From the NCBI RefSeq assembly GCF_003334355.1, contig NZ_QOWP01000025.1: DNA of 57,529 nucleotides. One strand, given 5' to 3'. How positions within the stretch are numbered: the stretch's first letter is position 1; every line of letters begins with the position of its first letter. The notes below the pieces were generated by a model. That model was not told the DNA's origin, made no database searches, and worked only from the letters and a program-made list of their open reading frames with translations. Shown piece after piece: positions 41,190 to 51,219 of this stretch. Source of the DNA: Escherichia coli (GTDB lineage Bacteria; Pseudomonadota; Gammaproteobacteria; Enterobacterales; Enterobacteriaceae). The translations under genes were made by a program, and so were the position numbers.

Positions 41190-41255
41190 CAGTTAACGTT
41201 TCAGGCAATGTTTCACCGCGTTTCATTGCAACAATTATGAAACAAGACTAAACCC
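41190..41255. promoter_or_regulatory. Candidate enhancer (PrpR binding) palindromes GTTTCAT-N10-ATGAAAC upstream of the sigma-54 promoter
   Basis: Inverted repeat cgtttcattgcaacaattatgaaacaag about 100-150 bp upstream of the -24/-12 element. Confidence 0.45.
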
Positions 41256-41286
41256 AATATTCGGTTTCTTAACTTTGCGGTGCGCT

Positions 41287-42873
41287 ATGGCACATCCACC
41301 ACGGCTTAATGACGACAAACCGGTTATCTGGACGGTATCTGTAACGCGCCTGTTCGAGCTGTTTCGCGATATCAGCCTCGAGTTTGATCACCTGGCGAAC
41401 ATTACCCCTATCCAGCTTGGCTTTGAAAAAGCGGTGACCTACATCCACAAGAAACTGGCAAACGAACGCTGTGACGCCATCATCGCCGCTGGATCTAACG
41501 GCGCGTACCTGAAAAGCCGCCTGTCAGTGCCAGTTATTTTGATTAAACCGAGCGGCTACGATGTGTTACAGGCACTGGCAAAAGCCGGAAAACTCACCTC
41601 TTCTATCGGCGTTGTCACTTATCAGGAAACTATTCCGGCACTGGTGGCGTTTCAAAAAACCTTTAATTTGCGCCTCGATCAACGTAGCTACATTACCGAA
41701 GAAGACGCACGCGGGCAGATTAACGAGCTAAAAGCTAACGGCACCGAAGCGGTGGTCGGCGCGGGGCTGATTACCGATCTGGCAGAAGAAGCCGGAATGA
41801 CCGGAATTTTTATCTATTCCGCCGCCACCGTGCGCCAGGCGTTCAGCGATGCGCTGGATATGACGCGCATGTCGTTACGCCATAACACTCACGATGCCAC
41901 CCGCAACGCCCTGAGAACTCGTTACGTGCTGGGCGATATGCTCGGTCAATCACCACAGATGGAACAAGTACGGCAGACTATTTTGCTGTATGCCCGCTCC
42001 AGTGCAGCGGTGTTGATTGAGGGGGAAACGGGGACGGGCAAAGAGCTGGCGGCCCAGGCGATTCATCGGGAATATTTTGCCCGCCACGATGCGCGACAGG
42101 GCAAAAAGTCGCATCCGTTTGTTGCAGTCAACTGCGGGGCGATTGCCGAATCGCTGCTGGAAGCAGAACTGTTTGGCTATGAGGAAGGGGCGTTTACCGG
42201 CTCGCGACGCGGCGGTCGCGCCGGGCTGTTTGAAATCGCCCACGGAGGTACGCTGTTTCTCGATGAGATTGGCGAAATGCCGCTGCCGTTGCAGACCCGG
42301 CTGCTGCGGGTGCTGGAAGAAAAAGAGGTCACCCGCGTCGGCGGGCATCAGCCTGTTCCGGTGGATGTGCGGGTCATTAGCGCCACTCACTGCAATCTGG
42401 AAGAAGATATGCGGCAAGGGCAGTTTCGCCGTGACCTGTTTTATCGGCTGAGTATTTTGCGTCTGCAATTGCCACCACTGCGCGAGCGGGTGGCGGATAT
42501 TCTGCCACTGGCGGAAAGCTTTTTGAAAGTGTCTCTGGCGGCGCTCTCCGCCCCGTTTTCTGCCGCATTACGCCAGGGATTACAGGCAAGCGAAACCGTG
42601 CTGGTGCACTACGACTGGCCGGGCAATATTCGTGAACTGCGCAATATGATGGAGCGACTGGCGCTATTTTTAAGTGTGGAACCGACGCCGGATTTAACGC
42701 CGCAATTTTTGCAGCTGCTACTGCCGGAACTGGCGCGCGAGTCGGCGAAAACTCCCGCTCCACGCTTACTGACACCACAACAGGCACTGGAGAAATTTAA
42801 TGGCGATAAAACAGCAGCGGCGAATTATTTAGGCATCAGCCGGACGACGTTCTGGCGGCGGCTGAAAAGCTGA
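41287..42873 (+). CDS. prpR: Sigma-54-dependent transcriptional activator of the prp operon
   Basis: ORF track 41275-42873; trimmed to [17 protein letters not shown] (528 aa); AAA+ sigma-54 interaction motifs GETGTGKE and GAFTG. Confidence 0.93.
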   Translation: MAHPPRLNDDKPVIWTVSVTRLFELFRDISLEFDHLANITPIQLGFEKAVTYIHKKLANERCDAIIAAGSNGAYLKSRLSVPVILIKPSGYDVLQALAKAGKLTSSIGVVTYQETIPALVAFQKTFNLRLDQRSYITEEDARGQINELKANGTEAVVGAGLITDLAEEAGMTGIFIYSAATVRQAFSDALDMTRMSLRHNTHDATRNALRTRYVLGDMLGQSPQMEQVRQTILLYARSSAAVLIEGETGTGKELAAQAIHREYFARHDARQGKKSHPFVAVNCGAIAESLLEAELFGYEEGAFTGSRRGGRAGLFEIAHGGTLFLDEIGEMPLPLQTRLLRVLEEKEVTRVGGHQPVPVDVRVISATHCNLEEDMRQGQFRRDLFYRLSILRLQLPPLRERVADILPLAESFLKVSLAALSAPFSAALRQGLQASETVLVHYDWPGNIRELRNMMERLALFLSVEPTPDLTPQFLQLLLPELARESAKTPAPRLLTPQQALEKFNGDKTAAANYLGISRTTFWRRLKS

Positions 42874-42970
42874 ACTGCCGAATGCAGCGCGAACACTTTA
42901 TCCGGCATAAATTTCAATAGATGATCACCGATAAACTTACGCATCGGGCATGTTTACATAGGGTTCAGAA

Positions 42971-43246
42971 TTACTTCTTCTTATAAATATTTGCCGTGCC
43001 GTGGATCTTATTGTCAGTTTGACCGGAGGTCAGTACCAACACATCAGCCCCTTTTTCATCCGCTTTTTTGATCAAATCCTCTTTCGCATCTGCGGTCGAC
43101 ATTTCATTACTGGTTGAAATATCACCTATTTTTTCATACTGCGATTCAACTTTTTCAAATTCCGCTTTGGTCATCAATTCAGCGGCATAGACATTGGTAA
43201 CGGCTAACGCTAACGCACCGACTAACATTTTAGAGATTATTTTCAT
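42971..43246 (-). CDS. yahO: DUF1471-family periplasmic protein YahO
   Basis: 91-aa ORF with signal peptide [21 protein letters not shown]. Confidence 0.85.
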   Translation of the reverse strand: MKIISKMLVGALALAVTNVYAAELMTKAEFEKVESQYEKIGDISTSNEMSTADAKEDLIKKADEKGADVLVLTSGQTDNKIHGTANIYKKK

Positions 43247-43392
43247 ATTACGGCTCCAGAGTTGTTATCACACTATCACCCACCGACATTATTGGGTTGA
43301 TTAATAATTAGTTCAGTCAGGGCATAAACGCCAGTAACCGGAAATAAGACACTTTGTGATCTCTCTCGCACCCGATTATTTTTGGTAGAAAT

Positions 43393-44064
43393 ATGATGAA
43401 GTTACTTCACTTATTTATGGATGAAATCACTATGGATCCTTTGCACGCCGTTTACCTGACCGTAGGACTGTTCGTGATTACTTTTTTTAATCCGGGAGCC
43501 AATCTCTTTGTGGTAGTACAAACCAGCCTGGCTTCCGGTCGACGCGCAGGGGTGCTGACCGGGCTGGGCGTGGCGCTGGGCGATGCATTTTATTCCGGGT
43601 TGGGTTTGTTTGGTCTTGCAACGCTAATTACGCAGTGTGAGGAGATTTTTTCGCTTATCAGAATCGTCGGCGGCGCTTATCTCTTATGGTTTGCGTGGTG
43701 CAGCATGCGCCGCCAGTCAACACCGCAAATGAGCACACTACAACAACCGATTAGCGCCCCCTGGTATGTCTTTTTTCGCCGCGGATTAATTACCGATCTC
43801 TCTAACCCGCAAACCGTTTTATTTTTTATCAGTATTTTCTCAGTAACATTAAATGCCGAAACACCAACATGGGCACGTTTAATGGCCTGGGCGGGGATTG
43901 TGCTCGCATCAATTATCTGGCGAGTTTTTCTTAGTCAGGCGTTTTCTTTGCCCGCTGTGCGTCGTGCTTATGGGCGTATGCAACGCGTTGCCAGTCGGGT
44001 TATTGGTGCAATTATTGGTGTATTCGCGCTACGCCTGATTTACGAAGGGGTGACGCAGCGGTGA
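43393..44064 (+). CDS. yahN: LysE/RhtB-family amino-acid exporter-like membrane protein
   Basis: 223-aa hydrophobic ORF. Confidence 0.85.
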   Translation: MMKLLHLFMDEITMDPLHAVYLTVGLFVITFFNPGANLFVVVQTSLASGRRAGVLTGLGVALGDAFYSGLGLFGLATLITQCEEIFSLIRIVGGAYLLWFAWCSMRRQSTPQMSTLQQPISAPWYVFFRRGLITDLSNPQTVLFFISIFSVTLNAETPTWARLMAWAGIVLASIIWRVFLSQAFSLPAVRRAYGRMQRVASRVIGAIIGVFALRLIYEGVTQR

Positions 44065-44080
44065 GCAGATAATTTACTCT

Positions 44081-44326
44081 CTACGTAATCAACCTGATTT
44101 GCCGAATCACGGCCATCGGCGATGATAGCCCCCGTAATGCGTGGTCCTTATTTCCGATAAGTTTACTTGAGTCTTTAGCTTCCCATTTCAGCCCACTCTC
44201 CCCTGTGTGGGCTTTTTTCATTGGTCTGCCCCATCCTGAATAGCCAAACAATGGCAATGTTCCACTTTGCAGGGATGATAATAAGGGGATCTGATTCAGA
44301 AGAGTTTTGAAAAGTTGGACCGCCAT
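44081..44326 (-). CDS. yahM: Small uncharacterised protein YahM
   Basis: ORF track 44081-44356; trimmed to MAVQLFKTLLNQ (81 aa); identity rests on position and length only. Confidence 0.55.
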   Translation of the reverse strand: MAVQLFKTLLNQIPLLSSLQSGTLPLFGYSGWGRPMKKAHTGESGLKWEAKDSSKLIGNKDHALRGLSSPMAVIRQIRLIT

Positions 44327-44738
44327 CGAGGCCTCGAACCCCGTACCATACAACAATCCTGGTTGTCGTCTGCTCTTCCTGAGGAGCTAATGGCGGTTTT
44401 TGATATGAGCCTTACAGCATATTTTCTGTCAGGCTTGAGTGCGATGCGTAAGATACAGAAAAGACCCCACACAAACATGATGGAATTATGATTTTTTTCA
44501 TATGAATGTCAACCCACACATTCACAAAACATCTGCATGAGATCATTTTTTATACACCGCATGGCTGCGAAACCACTACTGGTGCTTTTTTAAGCGAAGT
44601 GTCGCCGATCACAACAAAATATAGGCGAAAAAAGAGATGGAATGCCTGTTGGCATACAGATATACAGATGAAATGATTACCTGCATTGCGATTCACTCTC
44701 AGGTGGAATAACAATTTGCAGGTGGAACCCTTTCTGAA

Positions 44739-45554
44739 CTAAAGAGTGTAGCGGATTTTAACGTGCTTATTTACAGGATAATATCTGTCACCTAATTCCT
44801 GCACTCTATTAGATATCCATTCATTTAATCGCGCATCATCTCTGTATGTTTTTACGTCCAGAACAGAGAGCAATAACATCACCAGTGATTCAGGAAAAAC
44901 AGGGTAGATATTTTTTAAGTGTAATAATAATCCATGCGCAAGCGCCTGCTTAATGGGCGCGTCTGTCTCCGGAATAGACGACATTTCGCGAAGCCATTTT
45001 TCCACATGCATACACTCTTTCCCTTTAGGGAAAATTCTCAGCAAAGGCATATGGTGTTCAAGAAGAATACATTTGCAATCTGTTCGCACTGAATCGATAA
45101 ACTGCACTAATTTCTTAAGCCCGGTAAAGCGTCCAGCCTGCACGTTTGCTTTAATATCAAGAAACGCATCATCCTGGTCATATACCCAAACTGTCCCTTT
45201 TTGATTTTCAAGTATGTGAAAAACAAACTTAACCGGGTGATCAGGGTAATCCATCCAGTCATAAAATCCAGGGAAATCATTAAACTGCACATTTATGGTG
45301 AGTGCGTTATCGTCTGACCACTCACAGTCTCGTACGGCAGCCATGAGATGAATGAGTTTGTCGTCATCGACTAAATCATCACGACAATCATAAGGATAAT
45401 CATAATATTGTTTAATCAAAACCTTGAATATATCGACACAGGAAACCAGGGAGCTTTTGATATCCTCTGGTAACTGATTGTTTTTAACCGTATTAAGTAT
45501 GCTTTGTTGCGTATATGGCATCAAATTATTGTGCGGAGCTTTTAATGATATCAT
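44739..45554 (-). CDS. yahL: Uncharacterised protein YahL (AT-rich, no recognisable domain)
   Basis: 271-aa ORF MISLKAPHNNLMPYTQQSILNTVKNNQ in a markedly AT-rich stretch. Confidence 0.8.
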   Translation of the reverse strand: MISLKAPHNNLMPYTQQSILNTVKNNQLPEDIKSSLVSCVDIFKVLIKQYYDYPYDCRDDLVDDDKLIHLMAAVRDCEWSDDNALTINVQFNDFPGFYDWMDYPDHPVKFVFHILENQKGTVWVYDQDDAFLDIKANVQAGRFTGLKKLVQFIDSVRTDCKCILLEHHMPLLRIFPKGKECMHVEKWLREMSSIPETDAPIKQALAHGLLLHLKNIYPVFPESLVMLLLSVLDVKTYRDDARLNEWISNRVQELGDRYYPVNKHVKIRYTL

Positions 45555-45721
45555 CGCGATCTCTCTTAAATAAAAATAAACGTCGCAGATAATAAAGCTC
45601 TGATTAAACCAGGCACTATCAGAAATCGCTCATAACTAACGTGTGAAGTATTGTGTACTGGAGGGCGTTAATTTAACAATTTAAATTTACGTTATAGGTT
45701 TTACTGCTACTTTGATATTAT

Positions 45722-45759
45722 TTCGCTCTCCTTAACTAAAAAGTTAAGTGGAGAGCGAA
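45722..45759. other. Near-perfect hairpin (about 16-bp stem, AAAA loop) downstream of yahK; possible terminator or regulatory stem-loop
   Basis: ttcgctctccttaact aaaa agttaagtggagagcgaa; no clear U-tract on either side. Confidence 0.4.
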
Positions 45760-45796
45760 GTTAATATGTTAAACCACAGGGTATTTATTAATTTTT

Positions 45797-46846
45797 TCAG
45801 TCTGTTAGTGTGCGATTATCGATAACAAAACGATATTTCACATCACCGCGCAGCATTCGCTCATAGGCTTCATTAATTTGATCGGCCCGAATCATCTCTA
45901 TATCAGCCACGATGCCATGTTCGGCGCAAAAATCGAGCATCTCCTGAGTTTCTGGAATGCCGCCAATCATAGAACCGGCTATCGCACGGCGTTTCATGAT
46001 CAGGTTGAAAACTTCCGGCGATTTATGCGGTGTCGCAGGCGCACCAACCAGCGTCATGGTGCCATCACGCTTCAGCAAGGTGGTAAAATCGTCGAGATTA
46101 TGTGGCGCAGCTACTGTATTCAAAATGAAATCGAAACTCTTCAGATGAGCCGCCATCTCATCGGCATTGCGTGAGTTAACAACTTCATCGGCCCCCAGGG
46201 CTTTTGCCGCTTCGCGTTTTGCCTCAGAAGTGGTAAATGCCACCACATGTGCCCCCATCGCGTGGGCCAGCTTAATCCCCATATGTCCCAGACCGCCGAT
46301 GCCGACCACGCCCACTTTTTTACCCGGCCCGGCCTGCCAGTGACGTAGCGGCGAATACGTGGTGATCCCTGCACACAACAAAGGAGCCACCGCCGCCAGC
46401 TGCTCTTGCGGGTGACGAATACGCAGAACATATCGCTCATGAACGACGATCTGTTGTGAGTAGCCGCCCAGAGTATGGCCCGGTTCGTCCGGCGTCGGCG
46501 AGTTATAGGTGCCGGTCATGTGATCACAGTAGTTTTCCAACCCGTCTTCACACTCTTCGCAATGTTTACAACTGTCGACAATGCAGCCGACACCGACCAG
46601 ATCGCCCGGCGCATATTTTTCTACCTGATCACCAACGGCTACCACACGCCCCACAATTTCATGACCCGGCACGCAGGGGTAAACCGTCCCCGCCCACTCG
46701 GAACGGACCTGGTGGAGATCGGAATGGCAAACGCCACAGTAAGCGATTTCGATTTTGACATCATTCGGTCCCGGTTCACGCCGGGTGATATCCATCGGTT
46801 CAAGTGGTTGTTTAGCGGAATATGCACCAACAGCTTTGATCTTCAT
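45797..46846 (-). CDS. yahK: NADPH-dependent aldehyde reductase (zinc alcohol dehydrogenase family)
   Basis: 349-aa ORF with GHEIVG zinc-ADH motif and GIGGLGHMG Rossmann motif. Confidence 0.92.
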   Translation of the reverse strand: MKIKAVGAYSAKQPLEPMDITRREPGPNDVKIEIAYCGVCHSDLHQVRSEWAGTVYPCVPGHEIVGRVVAVGDQVEKYAPGDLVGVGCIVDSCKHCEECEDGLENYCDHMTGTYNSPTPDEPGHTLGGYSQQIVVHERYVLRIRHPQEQLAAVAPLLCAGITTYSPLRHWQAGPGKKVGVVGIGGLGHMGIKLAHAMGAHVVAFTTSEAKREAAKALGADEVVNSRNADEMAAHLKSFDFILNTVAAPHNLDDFTTLLKRDGTMTLVGAPATPHKSPEVFNLIMKRRAIAGSMIGGIPETQEMLDFCAEHGIVADIEMIRADQINEAYERMLRGDVKYRFVIDNRTLTD

Positions 46847-47222
46847 TGTGTTTACTCCTGATTAGCTATGTGTATTTGGCAACGCCTGATATGTCATCGC
46901 GGCAAAACGCGTCCATTGAATATAGCCAATATTTAAACCACCCGATCCAGCCCCAACATGCCGCGAGCCTGAATGAAACAGAGCAGCAACGTTCCCCATA
47001 AGGCGAGCGCCTGTAAGTGTGATATTTGCTATCTGTAAAAGACTAAAATCGGCAAAACTGATGATCTTTTCACGTAGACAAATAGTTATCTACACAACGT
47101 CAATAAGGGCATATTCCTCAAAGATAATGTCCATTTCTGCCGACACACTCATATTCAGATTGCCCCACTCCCTGGGGCTTAAATCTCTTACTATTCACCG
47201 TTGCAGGCGTTTCAAATGCGCA

Positions 47223-48605
47223 TCAACCTGCCACACTCCCCCACACCAGTTGCCCTTTATGGAACGTTGCTGTTCTCGGCGAGATACGCGCCACCGCCTC
47301 GGCAGAACAGGAGGCGTCCACCAGCACAAAGCTGGCGTCATCCTGCGCTTTTGGCCATACACGCTCGCCTTTTTCATTCAGCGGCAATACATCGCCAGTG
47401 GCTAGAAACAGCGAACGGGAGAGGTTCTGTTCGTTAGGACGAATATAGAGCTGCGCGTACAGATTGGCTTTTTCCAGCATGTCGCCCAGACCATAAGGCG
47501 ACCAGTGGTCGATAACGCTGTCAGTGCCAGTCATCACTTTTACGCCTTTGTCGTGCAACTGTTTGAGCGGCATATGCAGCGTGCCAATCGGCACCGTCGA
47601 GGCAATAGAAATTTGTTGCACCACCATCCGGTTCGCCAGTTCATCTACCTGTTGCTCGTTGAGCGTTGCCAGCGCAAAGGCGTGACTGATGGTCAGCTTG
47701 CCCTTCAGCTGTGGCGTTTTCTCTACCGTTTCAACCATATAATTGATGGCTGCCACGCCTGCCGGAGTGGTTTCGTGCAGGTGAATATCGACGCCTTTGT
47801 CGTAGTCCAGCGCAATCTGGAACATGGTGTCGAGGGATTTTTCCATCGCGCCATCAACACTGGTCGGGTCCAGGCCGCCGACGTAATGCGCCCCCGCCTG
47901 CATCGCTTCACGCATTAAAGGTTCAGATTTCGACAGCAGCAAACCGTGCTGCGGGAAGGCGACGATTTCACACTCAAAGCCCGCCTGACGTCGCGCCAGC
48001 ACCGCCTGCAAATTTTGCAGATTTTTCAGGCCGGAAACCGGTTCGATATTGCAGTGGCTGCGGGCAATGGTGGTGCCTTTCGACTGCAATAAATCAATCA
48101 GTTTTTCTGCCCGCTCCTGAGTGTACGGTTGCAGTTCCGGCAGCATTTTCTGCTCGAGTTTGATCATGTCCTGGATGGTGGTGCCTGCCGGACGATTGAG
48201 CGAGCGCCACGGCCCGCCGTAAAAGGTTTTGTCGAGATGAATATGCATGTCGCGGGTGGTGGGCAGCATCAGCTTACCGCCAGCGTCATAGTGCGGCAGC
48301 GTGGCGTCCGGATGCAGCTTGTTCTCGCGCAGGGCGACAATTTTGCCGTCCTGAATCTCCACGGTCTGGCGCGCCGTGCGGGTCTGCACCGCCACGCCAT
48401 TTTCGTAGTCAAAACCGGTTTCCAGCAGCACGTTATCGAGATAGTAATGCGGGTCAGTGATTTTCATGGTGTTGTTCGCTTCGCAGTTTAGGGTGCCAGC
48501 TACCGCCGCATGGGCGAGCGGCACAGAGGTACCAAACAGCGCGGCGGCGGTGACCATCTTACCGCTCTGGCTCAGAAATTCACGGCGGCTATTGCTTTCT
48601 TTCAT
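47223..48605 (-). CDS. yahJ: Amidohydrolase-superfamily deaminase with twin-arginine (Tat) signal peptide
   Basis: 460-aa ORF; N-terminus MKESNSRREFLSQSGKMVTAAALFGTSVPLAHAAV contains S-R-R-x-F-L; HxH motif (DMHIHLD) typical of cytosine-deaminase-like amidohydrolases. Confidence 0.88.
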   Translation of the reverse strand: MKESNSRREFLSQSGKMVTAAALFGTSVPLAHAAVAGTLNCEANNTMKITDPHYYLDNVLLETGFDYENGVAVQTRTARQTVEIQDGKIVALRENKLHPDATLPHYDAGGKLMLPTTRDMHIHLDKTFYGGPWRSLNRPAGTTIQDMIKLEQKMLPELQPYTQERAEKLIDLLQSKGTTIARSHCNIEPVSGLKNLQNLQAVLARRQAGFECEIVAFPQHGLLLSKSEPLMREAMQAGAHYVGGLDPTSVDGAMEKSLDTMFQIALDYDKGVDIHLHETTPAGVAAINYMVETVEKTPQLKGKLTISHAFALATLNEQQVDELANRMVVQQISIASTVPIGTLHMPLKQLHDKGVKVMTGTDSVIDHWSPYGLGDMLEKANLYAQLYIRPNEQNLSRSLFLATGDVLPLNEKGERVWPKAQDDASFVLVDASCSAEAVARISPRTATFHKGQLVWGSVAG

Positions 48606-48614
48606 CTTACGTCC

Positions 48615-49565
48615 TTACGTTTTAATAATATGAGTGCCCGTTTCGCCGCGCAGCGCCGCAGGCAGGCATTCCGGCGTGGTGATAATCACTTCTTTGCCGC
48701 CTTGTTCTAAAAATGTCAGGCTGGCGATGATTTTTGGCAACATGCTGCCGGGCGGGAAATGCCCTTCCTGCATATAGCGGGTCATGGTGGCAATATCCAC
48801 CCGATCGAGCGCCTGCTGCTGCGGTTTGCCAAAGTGAATACACACTTTTTCGACGCCAGTGGTGATCACAAGAATGTCGGCGTGAATTTCACGGGCCAGC
48901 AGCGCGGTAGAGAGATCTTTGTCGATAACCGCGTCCACGCTTTGGTAATCTCCCGCGTCAGTACGCACTACCGGAATTCCACCGCCGCCCGCGCCAATTA
49001 CGACAAAACCTTGTTGGATCAGCGCTTTAATGGCAGGTGCTTCGACAATACGTTTCGGTTCCGGCGAGGCGACCACGCGGCGATAGCCCCGCCCGGCATC
49101 TTCAACAAAACACCAGTCAGGGTTTGCCTTTTGTAATTCGTCACGCTGGCTGTCACTAAAGAATGCGCCGATGGGCTTGGTGGGATGGGCAAAACCTGGA
49201 TCGTTTTTATCCACTTCCACCTGAGTCACCACGGTGACGGCTTTCTTCTCGCCGTGACGCGCCAGCCGGTTATTCAGCGCCTGTTGGATCAGATAGCCGA
49301 TGCCGCCCTGCGTATCTGCCACACAGTTCGCCAGCGGCGTTAAGGGCAGCCCTTCGCGCTCGTGGGCAATCTCCGCACGGCGTAAATCCAGCCCGACCTG
49401 CGGCCCGTTGCCGTGGGTCAGCACAATGTCGTAATCGGAAGCCAGCATTTCCAGCACCGTATCGGCGACGGCTTTCACCGCCTCCGCCTGATGCTCAATC
49501 GACTGGCTGGCGTTATCTTTGATAATGCTGTTGCCACCAATGGCAACGACCACAAGCTCTTTCAT
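48615..49565 (-). CDS. yahI: Carbamate kinase-like protein
   Basis: 316-aa ORF MKELVVVAIGGNSI (amino-acid kinase family N-terminus). Confidence 0.9.
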   Translation of the reverse strand: MKELVVVAIGGNSIIKDNASQSIEHQAEAVKAVADTVLEMLASDYDIVLTHGNGPQVGLDLRRAEIAHEREGLPLTPLANCVADTQGGIGYLIQQALNNRLARHGEKKAVTVVTQVEVDKNDPGFAHPTKPIGAFFSDSQRDELQKANPDWCFVEDAGRGYRRVVASPEPKRIVEAPAIKALIQQGFVVIGAGGGGIPVVRTDAGDYQSVDAVIDKDLSTALLAREIHADILVITTGVEKVCIHFGKPQQQALDRVDIATMTRYMQEGHFPPGSMLPKIIASLTFLEQGGKEVIITTPECLPAALRGETGTHIIKT

Positions 49566-49614
49566 GTTGTTATGTCCGCTACAGAGGGTGATGGGGTTAT
49601 GACCAACGCCAGAC

Positions 49615-49797
49615 TGCCTGATGCGCTACGCTTATCAGGCCTACAATTCTCGCGCCACTCGTAGGCCGGATAAGGCGTTCACGCCGCATCCGGCAATGGT
49701 GACAAATGCCTGATGCGCTACGCTTATCAGGCCTACAGATTCTTGCGCCATTCGTAGGCCGGATAAGGCGTTCACGCCGCATCCGGCATGAACATGT
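49615..49797. repeat. REP/BIME cluster (two REP pairs) between yahI and yahG
   Basis: GCCTGATGCGCTACGCTTATCAGGCCTAC ... GTAGGCCGGATAAGGCGTTCACGCCGCATCCGGCA occurs twice. Confidence 0.85.
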
Positions 49798-49800
49798 AGG

Positions 49801-51219
49801 TCAGACGCCGTAACGTTCGCACCAGCCAAGAATGGCTTTCTCGAAGCAGGCAAAAGGTGGATGCACAATGCCCGCGCCAATCATGCCGACGCCCGCATCT
49901 TTATGGGCGATGGCGGTGTTGATCACCGGCAGAATGCCGCTGCTACCCACGCGGGTGATGTCGATTGCCGACGGCACGCCCATAAAACCGAGCAGCGGAA
50001 TGGTGACGTTGGGGTTTTCACCGAGGGTGATTTCGCGCATCTGACGGGAGAAATCAATAGCTTCTTCCACCGTGCCGCCCACCAGCGCGACGATAGCGGG
50101 CGCGGTCGCCATAGCAAATCCGCCAATACCGTAGGTTTCGGTGATGGCGCTGTCGCCGATATCCAGCCCCGAATCTTCCGGCTTATAACCGGCAAACATC
50201 GGGCCGATCACCTGCTGCGCCGGGCCGGTAAACCATTGCCCCGGCAGGCCGCTGACCCGCAGGCCGAACTCGACGCCGTTACGCGCCATGGTGGTGACCA
50301 CGGTGCTGTATTCGATGCCATGCGCCGCATCCATCGCCGCTTTACACATCGCCATCCACGTCGGGCCGGAGAAGTAGTCGCTGCTGGCGACAAACTCAAA
50401 CACTTCGCGCTGTTGCTCGACGGAATAACCCGCCTGAATAATCCCCGGCGTCAGCGCCTGAATCAGCAGCGTCGTCCCGGCGTTATTGCGGTTATGGCAC
50501 TCATCGCCCATATGCAGCGCCTGCGCCAGCATTAAGCGCAGATCGATTTCGCCGATAATTTTCATCGCGTCGCGCAGTATTGGTCCCTGCACATCACGCA
50601 TCCAGTTCAGGCGGTCAATCACGCTCTGGTCGTTAGCGCCCATACGCAAAATCTTCGCCATCTGCTCGCTCATGTTGGTATAAGCGATGTTGCCGTAGGT
50701 TTTGTTTTTTACGATGTGCATAAACATCGAGGCCGAGGTAACACCCGCCATCGATCCCACGCAGTCGTGCTCGTGACACGGCGAGAAGGTGATCTCCCCG
50801 GAAGCCGCCAGTTCAGCCGCCTCGTCGAGATCTTTCGCCAGTCCTTCGAACACCAGCGCTCCGGTGACCGCGCCTTTCATCGCGCCGCACATTTTTTCCC
50901 AGGTGATCGGCGGCCCGGCGTGAAGAATGGTTTTCGCCGTCATGCCCGGCACCACGTTAATCGCCTGATCAAAACCAATCAGCACCGGATGCGACTGGAT
51001 AATACGCTCCAGCGCCTGCTGGTTAGCGGCGGCGATTTTGTCCGCCAGCGGCGAATCGGCAATGTTATCCAGCGCCTGCACCACCTGCATATTGCCCTGC
51101 CCCGGCGGCGTCCAGTCGAGTTGAGTCACTTCTACATGCTGCTTTTTCAGGTCATCGCTAAACATGGCGATGCCGACGTTAATAACGTTCAATGGTTGGC
51201 TAAACAGTGACTGGCTCAT
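49801..51219 (-). CDS. yahG: DUF1116-family protein (YlbF-like)
   Basis: 472-aa ORF MSQSLFSQPLNVINVGIAMFSDDLKKQ. Confidence 0.88.
   Translation of the reverse strand: MSQSLFSQPLNVINVGIAMFSDDLKKQHVEVTQLDWTPPGQGNMQVVQALDNIADSPLADKIAAANQQALERIIQSHPVLIGFDQAINVVPGMTAKTILHAGPPITWEKMCGAMKGAVTGALVFEGLAKDLDEAAELAASGEITFSPCHEHDCVGSMAGVTSASMFMHIVKNKTYGNIAYTNMSEQMAKILRMGANDQSVIDRLNWMRDVQGPILRDAMKIIGEIDLRLMLAQALHMGDECHNRNNAGTTLLIQALTPGIIQAGYSVEQQREVFEFVASSDYFSGPTWMAMCKAAMDAAHGIEYSTVVTTMARNGVEFGLRVSGLPGQWFTGPAQQVIGPMFAGYKPEDSGLDIGDSAITETYGIGGFAMATAPAIVALVGGTVEEAIDFSRQMREITLGENPNVTIPLLGFMGVPSAIDITRVGSSGILPVINTAIAHKDAGVGMIGAGIVHPPFACFEKAILGWCERYGV

Noticed and set aside
49861-50535. 224-aa plus-strand ORF antisense to yahG
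   Set aside because: Arginine/histidine-rich translation overlapping the well-supported yahG frame; no start-site support.
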